A DNA stretch of 33,673 nucleotides from assembly GCA_009919445.1 (NCBI GenBank), contig RGBY01000003.1, positions 1 through 33,673 on the forward strand. The letters run 5' to 3'. This document shows positions 1 through 9,901 of this stretch, piece by piece (position 1 is the first letter of the stretch; each line of letters opens with the position of its first letter). The notes below the pieces were generated by a model, which ran no database searches, was not told the origin of the DNA, and saw only the letters and a list, made by a program, of their open reading frames with translations. The stretch is from Planctomycetia bacterium. GTDB lineage: Bacteria > Planctomycetota > Planctomycetia > Pirellulales > UBA1268. The position numbers and the translations under genes are program-made.

Positions 1-303
1 CTGAGCCGGCTCGTCTGCTGGTGGACGCATTGGGTCCTCCGCGTGCCTGCCTTCGATAGTTCAAGCGGCTTCCGGGTGATTCGGCTGAGCTTCCTTGATG
101 TTCTGCAGGATCCCACTGAGGGCTATGCGATTCAGGAGCAGATGCTTTGGCAAATCCATCGGGCCGGCGGCCGGATTCGTGAGGTGCCCATTACCTTCAC
201 TCAGCGACAACGAGGACTCAGCAAGGTGGACTGGTGGCAGATGGTGCTGGGGGCTTCCGATCTGGTGCGGCTGGGCTGGGCAACCTGGTTTCAAAGAAAG
301 TGA
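1..303 (+). CDS. Polyprenol-phosphate mannose synthase-like GT2 glycosyltransferase, C-terminal part (5' end outside the window)
   Basis: The frame is open from base 1 (LSRLVCWWTHWVLRVPAF...). It contains DSSSGFR, GYAIQEQM and REVPITFTQRQRGLSK, matching the DPM1-like C-terminal motifs DxTSGFR, GYxFQxE and EVPIxFxxRxxGxSK. Confidence 0.8.
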   Translation: MSRLVCWWTHWVLRVPAFDSSSGFRVIRLSFLDVLQDPTEGYAIQEQMLWQIHRAGGRIREVPITFTQRQRGLSKVDWWQMVLGASDLVRLGWATWFQRK

Positions 304-311
304 GGCTGGCG

Positions 312-1409
312 ATGGCAGGCCATAAACCAAGTATTGGCATTCTGACCAGTGGTGGAGATTGCCCAGGGCTCAATGCTGTTATCCGTGCGGCCGTGATTTC
401 ATCAGATCGGCTTGGCTACGACTGCGTCGGTTTTCTGCGTGGCTATGAGGGGCTGGTTGATCCGGTTGACTACATGCCGCTGACGCAAGGCAATACCAGC
501 GGCATCCTCACTCTCGGCGGCACGATTCTGGGCTCAACAAATCGGGGCCGGTTTTCAGCCACAGTGGGTGAAGATCAGCGGATTGCCATCGACCCCAAGC
601 TTCTGGAAGGTGTTTCCCGGACCATTCGGCAGCTTGGCATCTGCGGGCTCATCTGCATCGGGGGGGATGGCTCACTGGCAATTGCCGAGCAGTTTCATCG
701 CCATGGCATTCCGGTGGTCGGTGTGCCCAAGACCATCGACAATGATCTGGGAGCCACAGCGTTCACCTTTGGGTTTGACTCTGCCGTGTCGACTGCCACC
801 GATGCGCTTGATCGGCTCCGCACCACGGCAGCCAGCCACCAGCGAATCATGGTGTTGGAAGTGATGGGTCGCCATGCCGGATGGATTGCCCTGCATGCCG
901 GTATCGCAGGTGGTGCCGACGTCATTCTGCTGCCTGAGATTGGCTGGAGTTTTGATCATGTCTGCCGCAAGATTGCCGACCGTGAGGCCGCTGGCCGGCG
1001 GCATGCCTTGGTGGTTGTGGCGGAAGGGGCCAGCCTGCCCAGCGGCGACCTTGTGTGCGTGACGGCAACTGGTGCGAGTGAACAGGTCAAACTCGGCGGG
1101 ATTGGCCAGGTCGTTGCGGCTGAACTTGCCCGGCGGCTTGACCGCCAGACCCGAACGGTTGTGTTGGGCCATCTGCAGCGGGGCGGGAATCCAACCACGT
1201 TCGATCGGGTGCTGGCCACGGAATTCGGCGTTCTCGCGGTTCAGTTGATTCATGAAGGCCGGTTCGGTGAGATGGTATGCTTCAGGCCACCTGAGATCGA
1301 AAGCGTGCCGATTGCCGAGGCGATTCAGACGCTGTCACGGGTGAACCCCGGGGGGGCTGCCATTCGGGCTGCCCGCGGACTGGGGATTTGTTTTGGGGAT
1401 CGCGGCTGA
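312..1409 (+). CDS. pfkA: 6-phosphofructokinase (PfkA family, group III-like, probably ATP-dependent)
   Basis: Motifs TSGGDCPGLNAVIR, GGTILGS, IGGDGS, PKTIDND, EVMGRHAGW and LGHLQRGG. Start placed at ATG 312 just after the upstream stop, not at 234. Confidence 0.95.
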   Translation: MAGHKPSIGILTSGGDCPGLNAVIRAAVISSDRLGYDCVGFLRGYEGLVDPVDYMPLTQGNTSGILTLGGTILGSTNRGRFSATVGEDQRIAIDPKLLEGVSRTIRQLGICGLICIGGDGSLAIAEQFHRHGIPVVGVPKTIDNDLGATAFTFGFDSAVSTATDALDRLRTTAASHQRIMVLEVMGRHAGWIALHAGIAGGADVILLPEIGWSFDHVCRKIADREAAGRRHALVVVAEGASLPSGDLVCVTATGASEQVKLGGIGQVVAAELARRLDRQTRTVVLGHLQRGGNPTTFDRVLATEFGVLAVQLIHEGRFGEMVCFRPPEIESVPIAEAIQTLSRVNPGGAAIRAARGLGICFGDRG

Positions 1410-1480
1410 TTTGCCTGACGGGCGTCGGGTGATGAATGCCACCATGGAATAGCGAAGCGAAAACGCAAGGAGTAATTGAG

Positions 1481-3445
1481 ATGGCGGCAGCGGACAAACC
1501 AGCCGGACGCGTGGCGAGTGTCATGCAGGAGACTCGTTCCTTTCCTCCCCCGGCAGCCTTTTCGGAAAAGTCTCGAATCGGTTCGATGGAGGCTTACCAA
1601 GAGCTCTACGCTGCTGCTGCCAATGACCCAATTGCCTTCTGGGGTGAACGGGCCTCCGCGCTGCCATGGCTGAAGCCGTATGACGAGGTGCTGCGGTGGA
1701 ATCCGCCTCATGCCGAGTGGTTTGCCGGTGGGCAGACCAATGCCTCGGCCGCCTGCGTCGATCAGCATGTTGCAGCCGGGCTCGGCGAGAAGACAGCCAT
1801 GGTCTGGGTTGGTGAACCAACCGGTGAACGGCGAACCCTCACCTTCCGTGAACTTCAGGCTGAGGTGAGCCGGGCAGCCGCCGGGCTTGCAAAGCTTGGT
1901 GTGAAGCAGGGAGATGTAGTTTCGATCTATATGCCGATGACCCCCGAACTGGTCATCGCGATGCTTGCGTGTGCCCGGATTGGAGCCGTTCACTCGGTGA
2001 TCTTTGGAGGGTTCTCCAGCGAAGCAATCGCTGAGCGGAACAACGATGCCCAGGCGGTGGCAGTCATTACTGCTGATGGCGGCTGGCGACGGGGAAGCAT
2101 GCTGCCGCTGAAAGCCAATGTTGATGAAGCCCTGGAGAAGTCACCGAGCGTCAAGCATGTGGTGGTGCTCAAGCGGACCGGGCAAGACGTCACCATGGTC
2201 GAGGGGCGAGATGTCTGGTGGCATGACATGACGGCCGGCATGCCAGACGATTTTCCGCCAGTTCCTATGGACTCAGAGTCTCCGCTTTTCATTCTCTACA
2301 CCAGTGGTTCCACGGGAAAGCCAAAGGGAATCAAGCACACCACCGCCGGCTACATGCTCTGGGCGAAGACGACCGCAGAATGGGTTTTTGATCTGCGGGA
2401 CGACGATCTCTTCTGGTGTACGGCTGACTGTGGCTGGATCACTGGGCACAGTTACGTTACCTATGGCCCTCTGGCTGCCGGGGTGGGCATTCTTATCTAT
2501 GAAGGCGCACCCGATGCGCCGCATCAGGGACGGTTCTGGGAAATTATTGAAGAAGAGAAGCCAACCATTTTCTACACAGCACCGACCGCAATTCGGGCTT
2601 TCATGAAGTGGGGGCCAGAACACATTGATGGCCGTGATCTCTCAAGCCTGCGGCTGCTGGGCACGGTGGGCGAGGGCATTAATCCTGAGGCCTGGATGTG
2701 GTACCACGAAACGATTGGTGGCCAGCGTTGCCCCATCGTTGATACCTGGTGGCAGACTGAAACGGGCGGCATCATGATGAGCCCATTGCCGGGCTGTACG
2801 CCGACCAAGCCAGGAAGTTGCACGCTGCCCTTGCCAGGTGTCTGCCCAGAGATTGTTGATGCAGAGGGAACACCGGTTGAGCAGGGTGAAGGCGGCTGGC
2901 TGGTGATGACCAAGCCCTGGCCTGGCATGTTGCGGGGCATCTGGGGCGACGAGGAACGATTCGTTGAAACCTATTGGTCACGGGTGCCGGGGAAGTATCT
3001 GGCTGGAGACAATGCTCGCCAGGATGACGACGGCTATTACTGGATCATGGGCCGAATCGACGACGTGCTCAACGTGGCAGGTCATAGGCTCTCGACAATT
3101 GAGATTGAAAGCGCCCTGGTGAGTCACCCGACGGTTGCCGAAGCGGCTGCCGTCGGTCGGCCACACGACGTCAAGGGCGAGGCCGTGGCCGTCTTTGTGA
3201 CGCTTCGGTCAGGGGAGCCGGACGACGCCCTCCGGAAAGAGCTGCGACAGCATGTCCGGCACCAGATTGGTGCCATTGCCTCACCGGATGACATTCACTT
3301 CACCGCATCGCTCCCCAAAACCCGGAGTGGCAAAATCATGCGGCGGCTCCTGCGTGACATTGCCGCTGGCCGTGAAACGGTGGGTGACACGACCACGCTT
3401 GAAGATTACACGGTGCTCGCAAAACTACGGGGCAACGACGACTAA
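1481..3445 (+). CDS. acs: Acetyl-CoA synthetase (AMP-forming)
   Basis: Motifs [41 protein letters not shown] and [18 protein letters not shown] lies upstream of ATG 1481. Confidence 0.97.
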   Translation: MAAADKPAGRVASVMQETRSFPPPAAFSEKSRIGSMEAYQELYAAAANDPIAFWGERASALPWLKPYDEVLRWNPPHAEWFAGGQTNASAACVDQHVAAGLGEKTAMVWVGEPTGERRTLTFRELQAEVSRAAAGLAKLGVKQGDVVSIYMPMTPELVIAMLACARIGAVHSVIFGGFSSEAIAERNNDAQAVAVITADGGWRRGSMLPLKANVDEALEKSPSVKHVVVLKRTGQDVTMVEGRDVWWHDMTAGMPDDFPPVPMDSESPLFILYTSGSTGKPKGIKHTTAGYMLWAKTTAEWVFDLRDDDLFWCTADCGWITGHSYVTYGPLAAGVGILIYEGAPDAPHQGRFWEIIEEEKPTIFYTAPTAIRAFMKWGPEHIDGRDLSSLRLLGTVGEGINPEAWMWYHETIGGQRCPIVDTWWQTETGGIMMSPLPGCTPTKPGSCTLPLPGVCPEIVDAEGTPVEQGEGGWLVMTKPWPGMLRGIWGDEERFVETYWSRVPGKYLAGDNARQDDDGYYWIMGRIDDVLNVAGHRLSTIEIESALVSHPTVAEAAAVGRPHDVKGEAVAVFVTLRSGEPDDALRKELRQHVRHQIGAIASPDDIHFTASLPKTRSGKIMRRLLRDIAAGRETVGDTTTLEDYTVLAKLRGNDD

Positions 3446-3467
3446 AAGCCCCTGGAATGAGGGGCTT
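3446..3467 (+). terminator. Stem-loop right after the acs stop; possible terminator or stabilising hairpin
   Basis: Perfect 8-bp inverted repeat AAGCCCCT-ggaatg-AGGGGCTT. The U-tract is poor. Confidence 0.45.
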
Positions 3468-3559
3468 GGCGGGACGGCATGCAGTAACAGAGGGGCTTCG
3501 ATCGACATAGTATTGTAGGTCGTTCGTTTCCCTTCCGCTGCCGTCGTGTCATTCCCCTC

Positions 3560-6037
3560 ATGTCACCATTTTCCCTTAAAAGGCTTTGGTCTGTCTGGCG
3601 GCAGCGTCGTCGTGGGTTGGGTCGTGGGTGCTGGTTGCTGCTGGGCGTCCTCGGCGCCAGCCTGCCAGCCACTGGCCATGCAGCTGGGAACCAATTCCCT
3701 GCCTCTGCTGGTGCCTTGCTTCAGTCGGCATGCATCGACTGCCATCAGGGTGAAGATGCAGAGGCAGGCCTTGACCTTGAGACGTTCATGGCCAATGCGG
3801 TGGCGGATGTTGGTGTAGCCCAGGATGACACCTGGACGCGAATCATTGATCGTGTTGCCGCCGGTGAGATGCCACCAGCCGACGCGGAACAGCCCACACT
3901 TCAAGAACGACAACTGTTTGTGACGCGAGCCGGCGACTGGTTGCGAGACCTGCAGCGGTCACGGGATGCCGCGATTGGTCGTGTTCGTGGTCGTCGACTC
4001 AACCGCCAGCAGGTTGAACGGTCACTGCATGAATTGCTAGGCATTGATATTCCACTGGCCGACAAGCTTCCCGATGAAGGACGGCCGCGGGGCTTTACGA
4101 CAGTTGCTGAGCGGCAGGCAGTCTCTCATCACCATCTCTCGCGCCATCTGACAGTAGTTGATCTGGCGCTCGATGAGGCCTTTGGGCGAGCCCTTGGAAC
4201 GGCTGAACCGCTCAGCCGTGAGTTTGATGCACAGGGACTTGTACGGAAAAATCCCAGGCGGCGGTGCCGGGAGCCTGAACTCCGCGAGGGTGAAGCGGTC
4301 GTCTGGTCATGTTCTATGCCCTACTACGGTCGTCTGCCGGCCACGACAGCACCAGCGGATGGCTGGTATGCGTTCCGACTGAAGGCACATGGCATCAAGC
4401 TGCCCGAGTCTGGTGGTGTCTGGACCGCCATTCATGCCGGGCCTTGCGTCTCAACTGCACCGCTGCTCGAGCCAGTCACCTGCTTCGAAGCGGGTGAGCA
4501 GCCTCGCACGATTGAGTTCACCACCTGGTTGCCCAAAGGACACATGCTGGAGGTCAGACCTCAGGATGCCACCATCAAACGGGCACGGTTTGCCGGTGGT
4601 CAGGTCGGTGCAGGCGAGGGAGAGCCACAGGATGTGCCTGGCGTTGCCATCAATCAGCTTGAGATGAGGCAGGTCTACCGGTTTTCAGTCGAAGAACTGA
4701 GGCAGCGGCTATTCGGTGATCTGAAGTATGAGAAGGCGAAGCGAACGGGTCTGCTGAAGCCAGTTGTCACCAAGCCGCTTGTGAAAATAGAGGGCCTGCT
4801 CAGTGCGTTTGCATGTCAGGCTTTTCGGCATCCGGTGTCACCAGAGGAACTCACTGGATATGTCGAACTTGCCAGAGACGTGCATGGCCAGACACGATCA
4901 TTCACCGAGGCTGTTCGGGCGGGCTATCGAGCGATTCTCTGTAGTCCGGAGTTTCTTTACTTTCGTGAAATGCCAGGTCAGCTCGATGGCTATGCCCTCG
5001 CCACGCGACTGAGTTATTTCGTCACGGGAGGGCCACCCGATGACGATCTTCTGGAGGCGGCCCGCAGTGGACGGCTGGACGAGGCTGCTGAGGTCCGCCG
5101 GCAGCTGCAGCGGTTGCTCGAGCAGGGAGAGGTTGACCAGGTCGGTGTACCGGCAGCCGAACGGCAGTTTGTTGAGGATTTTGCCGCAGAGTGGCTCGAT
5201 CTTGATCAGATCGACTTCACGGTACCTGATCGGCGGATGTACTGGACGTTTGACCCGATCGTTCAGATGAACATGCTTGCGGAAACCCATGCCTTTCTTG
5301 CTCATCTGTTGCACCATGATCGACCAGTTACGGAGTTGATTGCGGCTGACTATACGTTTGGCACAAGTCGGCTGGCGAGGTTTTATGGGGCTGATAATGT
5401 GCAGGGCGAGCAGCTGCGGCAGCTGGTGTTGCCAGCCAATACCCATCGGGGCGGCTTGCTCACCCAGGGTGCGATTCTCAAGGTGACGGCTAATGGCACG
5501 ACGACGTCCCCTGTGGTGCGTGGGGCCTGGGTCGCCGAACGCCTGCTCGGCATTCATATTCCTCCTCCACCGGCAGGAATTCCTGCCATTGAGCCTGATA
5601 TCCGTGGGGCTACGACCATTCGTGAGCAACTGGCCAAGCATCGCGACGACCCCGCCTGCGCCAGTTGCCACCGCCAGATGGATCCATACGGCTTTGCCCT
5701 CGAGACATTTGACCCAGCGGGACAATGGCGAACGCACTACCGGTCAGTCGGCCAGAAAAAAAACGGCACGAGACTGGCAATTGACTCATCAGGTGAACTG
5801 CCCGACGGCAGTGTGTTTGCCAGCATTGATGAATTGAAACAGGAACTGGCCCGGGATCCGCAGGCAATCGCTCGCGGGGTGGCGGGCAATCTGCTGGTCT
5901 GGGGAACGGGTGCCAAGCTGAGCATTCGAGACCGTCAGGCGGTCCACAAGATTGTCGAGGCAGCAGGCAAGAAGGGGTACGGCTTTCGGGCAATACTTGA
6001 GGAAGTGGTTGTGAGCCCGGTCTTTCGTTCCAAATGA
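3560..6037 (+). CDS. DUF1592-family planctomycete cytochrome c protein (PSCyt/PSD domain architecture) with two haem c motifs
   Basis: N-terminal signal-like segment. CIDCH (3731-3745) followed by GEMPP. Also RRLNRQQ, LATRLSYF..GPPD, RGGLLTQGAIL, TSPVVRGAWV..LLG..IPPPP, and CASCH (5657-5671) followed by MDPYGFALETFD. Confidence 0.9.
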   Translation: MSPFSLKRLWSVWRQRRRGLGRGCWLLLGVLGASLPATGHAAGNQFPASAGALLQSACIDCHQGEDAEAGLDLETFMANAVADVGVAQDDTWTRIIDRVAAGEMPPADAEQPTLQERQLFVTRAGDWLRDLQRSRDAAIGRVRGRRLNRQQVERSLHELLGIDIPLADKLPDEGRPRGFTTVAERQAVSHHHLSRHLTVVDLALDEAFGRALGTAEPLSREFDAQGLVRKNPRRRCREPELREGEAVVWSCSMPYYGRLPATTAPADGWYAFRLKAHGIKLPESGGVWTAIHAGPCVSTAPLLEPVTCFEAGEQPRTIEFTTWLPKGHMLEVRPQDATIKRARFAGGQVGAGEGEPQDVPGVAINQLEMRQVYRFSVEELRQRLFGDLKYEKAKRTGLLKPVVTKPLVKIEGLLSAFACQAFRHPVSPEELTGYVELARDVHGQTRSFTEAVRAGYRAILCSPEFLYFREMPGQLDGYALATRLSYFVTGGPPDDDLLEAARSGRLDEAAEVRRQLQRLLEQGEVDQVGVPAAERQFVEDFAAEWLDLDQIDFTVPDRRMYWTFDPIVQMNMLAETHAFLAHLLHHDRPVTELIAADYTFGTSRLARFYGADNVQGEQLRQLVLPANTHRGGLLTQGAILKVTANGTTTSPVVRGAWVAERLLGIHIPPPPAGIPAIEPDIRGATTIREQLAKHRDDPACASCHRQMDPYGFALETFDPAGQWRTHYRSVGQKKNGTRLAIDSSGELPDGSVFASIDELKQELARDPQAIARGVAGNLLVWGTGAKLSIRDRQAVHKIVEAAGKKGYGFRAILEEVVVSPVFRSK

Positions 6038-6101
6038 ACGGTGGCCTGAGAGATGGCCCAAAGGTGATGGCGAGAAGAGCTCATCGAGTCGACAGAAAAC
6101 T

Positions 6102-6128
6102 CAGCGGAACTGGTCCCAGCGGAACTGG
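6102..6128. repeat. Direct repeat CAGCGGAACTGG x2 (period 15) in the DUF1592-DUF1552 spacer
   Basis: Copies at 6102-6113 and 6117-6128. Confidence 0.85.
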
Positions 6129-6182
6129 CCTTAGAAAAATCGATTTGCCGTTATGACGCTTCAAGAAACACAGGGGATTCGC

Positions 6183-7478
6183 ATGCCGGTTGCCTTCAAC
6201 ATTGATGTGAAACGATCGCTTAATCGCCGCACGCTTCTCCGCGGAGCGGGAGTGTCGCTGGCAATGCCCTGGCTGTCGGCAATGCGGCCAGCTTTCGGAG
6301 GGGGCCGTGTTGAATCGCCGCGGCGATTTGTGGCGATGACCCTGGGCCTGGGGCTCCTTGCTGACAACCTCAACCCGGCAACTGCTGGTCGAGAGTATCA
6401 GGCATCTCCCTACCTTGCTGGCCTGAACGATCTTCGCAACTCCTTCACGGTTGTCTCGGGTGCATCTCACCCCCGGGTCAGTGGTGGCCATCAGGCCGAG
6501 GCAAGCCTGCTGACGGCGGCCCCGATGACATTTGGATCGCCGAGTCGGAATTCGATTTCACTCGATCAGTTACTGGCAAAAAACCTCGGGCATGAAACTC
6601 GTTTCCCGTCGCTTGTCCTGGCACTTTCAGGGAGCAACAGTCCGGCCTACACCGAAAACGGGTCGATGATTCCGGCTGAGTCATCTCCTGCACGGCTGTT
6701 TACGCGGCTCTTCGTGGCCGATTCGCCTGCTGAGCAGAAACAGCAGATGGCCCGGGCGCAGCAGGGTAGAAGCATCATGGATGTCGTTGCCGAAGACACG
6801 CGGTCTCTGGAGCGTCGGCTGGGCCGTGGCGACCGCGATCGGCTTGATGCCTATTTCACCAGCGTCCGTGATCTGGAAAAGCGGCTGGAACAGGAAGAGG
6901 CCTGGGCCCATCGTCCAAAACCCAAGGTGACTGAGCCCAAGCCGATTGATATTGGAAACGGGAATGACTTCGTTGCCCGGCAGCGACTGATGAGCGACAT
7001 GATCAGGCTGGCTCTTCAGACCGACTCATCTCGATTTATCACCTGCCATTTCGGAGGGAGTGGTGGGGTGGTGCCACTGGAAGGGGTAGACGAGGGGTAT
7101 CACACGCTCAGCCATCACGGCCGTGACGACGAAAAGCTGGCACAGCTGGCGATTGTTGAAAAAGCGATCATCAATGCCTGGGGTGATTTCCTGCGGACGC
7201 TCCAGGCAGTGGAGGAAGATGGCGGCACCCTTCTGGATCAGACCAGCGTGCTGTTGACGAGCAATCTTGGAAACGCCTCCAGTCACGATAATCGCAACAT
7301 GCCGGTGCTCTTGGCAGGAGGTGGCTTCCGGCATGGTCAGCACCTGGCCTTCGACAGGAAGCAGAACCACCCGCTGCCCAACCTCTACCTGTCGGTTCTC
7401 CAACAAACAGGACTTCAGGTCGACCACTTTGCGACCTCAACCGGAACGATGCCGGGGCTTGAGCCAACCCGGCCCTAA
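6183..7478 (+). CDS. DUF1552 (HXXSHH) family protein with twin-arginine signal
   Basis: [51 protein letters not shown] (HTLSHH at 7101-7118) and [15 protein letters not shown]. Typical partner downstream of DUF1592. Start could be 6153 or 6183. Confidence 0.9.
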   Translation: MPVAFNIDVKRSLNRRTLLRGAGVSLAMPWLSAMRPAFGGGRVESPRRFVAMTLGLGLLADNLNPATAGREYQASPYLAGLNDLRNSFTVVSGASHPRVSGGHQAEASLLTAAPMTFGSPSRNSISLDQLLAKNLGHETRFPSLVLALSGSNSPAYTENGSMIPAESSPARLFTRLFVADSPAEQKQQMARAQQGRSIMDVVAEDTRSLERRLGRGDRDRLDAYFTSVRDLEKRLEQEEAWAHRPKPKVTEPKPIDIGNGNDFVARQRLMSDMIRLALQTDSSRFITCHFGGSGGVVPLEGVDEGYHTLSHHGRDDEKLAQLAIVEKAIINAWGDFLRTLQAVEEDGGTLLDQTSVLLTSNLGNASSHDNRNMPVLLAGGGFRHGQHLAFDRKQNHPLPNLYLSVLQQTGLQVDHFATSTGTMPGLEPTRP

Positions 7479-8660
7479 GAAGTGGATCGGGAGTGCCGTG
7501 CCGTCTCGCAGGGCGGATTGATGAGCGACGACACCAGCCGCAGTCATCGCCAGGGCATGTCCGATATGAATCGCCGGTGGACGGTCGGTAAGAATTGCTG
7601 TGACAAATTCATCAGTCAGTGGGCCATGCGAGTGCCCGTGATCAGTTGGCCAGTCAATGCCCGGTGGGAGGGCTGGCGGTGACAGATCGGGGAGGTCTGC
7701 CGGGCTCATCGTTCCGCTGTAGTGGCCGTTTCCATAACTACCAAGCCGGCCCGTCGCCCTACCTGTCTCACTGAATGGTCGCCGACTGCTGCTGTCTTGA
7801 ATCACGCGGCAGAGTGCGTTGTCTGTGGTTTGGAAAAGAGCACACTCGCCCGAGAATGGATTTCCGTAGGGATTGGCGTCCGGCTGTTGGTAGGGCAGAT
7901 GCCCGGGCAACCCCCTTGCCGATGCCGTAAGGAAGTGCCCGCCCGAGACACCCGTGTGAAATGCTGTTGCGTGCGTCGGATACCAAAGCGGTGGAAACCC
8001 ACGTCGCCAGTCTTGAAAAGACGGTGTCGGCGTCTTCGAGGCATGATAATGGAAGTACTCTCCCTCCGTGTACCGAAGCGGGCCGAGGGCGTTGGCACGA
8101 TAGAGGGCCCGCATGGCGCAGCACTCCGGGCGAAACCAGCTCGTTTCGAACATCATGTAGGTTCGGCCAGTTTCGCGCACAGTCTCAAAGAGCTCGTGCG
8201 CATCATCAAGATTCCCAAAGAATGCCGGCACGGCCGTTCCGACATGCTTGCCATGCTTCATTGCCAAGAGGGCATGCCGAGCATGACTAGGGGCATCGGT
8301 GGCGATGAATACTGCCTCAATAGAATCATCTTGAACCATGTCCTCGATTGACTCATAGGTCTGGCTGCAGCGGACGGCCTGCGCGAGGTCGGCACAGCGA
8401 TCAGGAAAGAGGTCGGTGACTGCTGCGACCTCGATATTCGGGTGTGATTCAAAGCGGAAGGTTGTACCGAAGCGACAATGGCCGTTGCCGGCGATGCCAA
8501 GGCGAATGCGGCGATCAGAAGAGGGCTTCCAGACCCGTGGTTGCTGCCGCTCAGCTTGAGAAATGATGGGTTCAGCGGCGCGGGTCTGACTGGGAAACAA
8601 GGCGGCGGCCGGAACTGCGGCGGCTGCAAGTGTTACGTGTCGGCGTGAATAGGTCGGCAT
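7437..8660 (-). CDS. Gfo/Idh/MocA NAD-binding oxidoreductase, GH109-like, with Tat signal (paralogue 2)
   Basis: SRRHV plus an Ala-rich signal. Motifs [44 protein letters not shown] and WYPTH. Confidence 0.88.
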   Translation of the reverse strand: MPTYSRRHVTLAAAAVPAAALFPSQTRAAEPIISQAERQQPRVWKPSSDRRIRLGIAGNGHCRFGTTFRFESHPNIEVAAVTDLFPDRCADLAQAVRCSQTYESIEDMVQDDSIEAVFIATDAPSHARHALLAMKHGKHVGTAVPAFFGNLDDAHELFETVRETGRTYMMFETSWFRPECCAMRALYRANALGPLRYTEGEYFHYHASKTPTPSFQDWRRGFPPLWYPTHATAFHTGVSGGHFLTASARGLPGHLPYQQPDANPYGNPFSGECALFQTTDNALCRVIQDSSSRRPFSETGRATGRLGSYGNGHYSGTMSPADLPDLSPPALPPGIDWPTDHGHSHGPLTDEFVTAILTDRPPAIHIGHALAMTAAGVVAHQSALRDGTALPIHFLGPGWLKPRHRSG

Positions 8661-8668
8661 AGGGGATG

Positions 8669-9901
8669 TCAGGAGGCGTACTGGGGGATCTTGAGGGGCT
8701 CACCGTTTTTGACGGCCGACTGGTGAGCCACGATGCCGGCAACCGTCATGTTGAGCGCTGCCACCACATCAACTAATGGTTTGCGGTCACGCAGAATCGC
8801 ATCGATGAAGTCGGTAGTCAGATGACCATGAGAACCACCATGTGGGCCAGCATTCATGCCAGGTGGTAATGGGGGGCGATCAATGGCTGGGGTTGCTGGT
8901 TTTTGCTGGCCATAGATGCGGCCCTGTTCGCCTGCTGCTGCTGGCATGTCCCATGAGACAGCCATTCTTGACATGCCTGCTTCACTTGTTCGCAGCAACG
9001 CCACTTCGGTGCCGAACGGGTTGCGGTAGTCGTTATTATTCGCCTGAAGGTGCGGGACCACACTGGGCATGCCGAGTGCAGAAACTTCGGTGAATCGTTC
9101 TCCCGTTACACCGATATAGTAAGCAGTGGCGTGGGTGGGATACCACTGCGGTGGCAGACCTTTCCGCCAGCCGTTGAGATCAACAGCCCGCGTCCTGGGG
9201 TTGTAGCCGCCAATAGGCTTGCCAAAGTAGTGATAGTACTCACCCTCTGAATAGACAAGCTTGCCGAATTTTCCTGCCAGGTACTGCTGACGCCAGGTGT
9301 AGAGGTCATGATGGAAACAGGATGTTTCAAACATCATGTACTTACGACCTGTTTTCTGGACGGCCTCGGAAAGTCTTTCAGCATCTTCGAGTGATCCAAA
9401 AACTGCCGGAACAGCCGAGGCAACATGCTTGCCCCGATCCAAGGCCCTGATTGCCAGTTGGGCATGGCTGGGAGCATCGGTGGCAATGAAGACAGCTTCG
9501 ATCGTGTCATCGTCAAGCATTTGTTCGCACGATTCAAAAGTTTTTTCGCACCGGCAGGCCTTTGACAGTGCCGCTCTCCGCTCAGGGATGAGGTCAGTCA
9601 CTGCTGTGACACTAACATTAGGATGTTCCTGAAAGCCAAACTGGGCGCCGAACTGACAAAGCCCAAAACCGGCGATTCCGACACGAATTTTTCGGTCAGA
9701 AACAGGTTCCCAGGGGCCACTCGCAGCTCCTGGTTCATTGACTTCGAACCCAGGAATGATCTTCCCGCTGGCATCGACTGGCGGTGCATCCCGATCGGCT
9801 GCGGCTGCCGTTGTGCTACCGATACCGATGGCGGTGCCAACTACTCCGAGACGTTTTGCAAAACACCGGCGGGAAAAAGTGTCTTGTTCAGAGTGGCTCA
9901 T
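8669..9901 (-). CDS. Gfo/Idh/MocA NAD-binding oxidoreductase, GH109-like, with Tat signal (paralogue 1)
   Basis: Start at 9901, supported by an AGGAG RBS and an ATGA overlap with the regulator stop. SRRCF signal. Motifs [43 protein letters not shown] and PHGGSHG. Confidence 0.88.
   Translation of the reverse strand: MSHSEQDTFSRRCFAKRLGVVGTAIGIGSTTAAAADRDAPPVDASGKIIPGFEVNEPGAASGPWEPVSDRKIRVGIAGFGLCQFGAQFGFQEHPNVSVTAVTDLIPERRAALSKACRCEKTFESCEQMLDDDTIEAVFIATDAPSHAQLAIRALDRGKHVASAVPAVFGSLEDAERLSEAVQKTGRKYMMFETSCFHHDLYTWRQQYLAGKFGKLVYSEGEYYHYFGKPIGGYNPRTRAVDLNGWRKGLPPQWYPTHATAYYIGVTGERFTEVSALGMPSVVPHLQANNNDYRNPFGTEVALLRTSEAGMSRMAVSWDMPAAAGEQGRIYGQQKPATPAIDRPPLPPGMNAGPHGGSHGHLTTDFIDAILRDRKPLVDVVAALNMTVAGIVAHQSAVKNGEPLKIPQYAS

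Noticed and set aside
1412-1423. 12-mer TGCCTGACGGGC shared with 28046-28057 (minus strand), as a REP-like element
   Set aside because: Only two copies with different flanks, compatible with chance.
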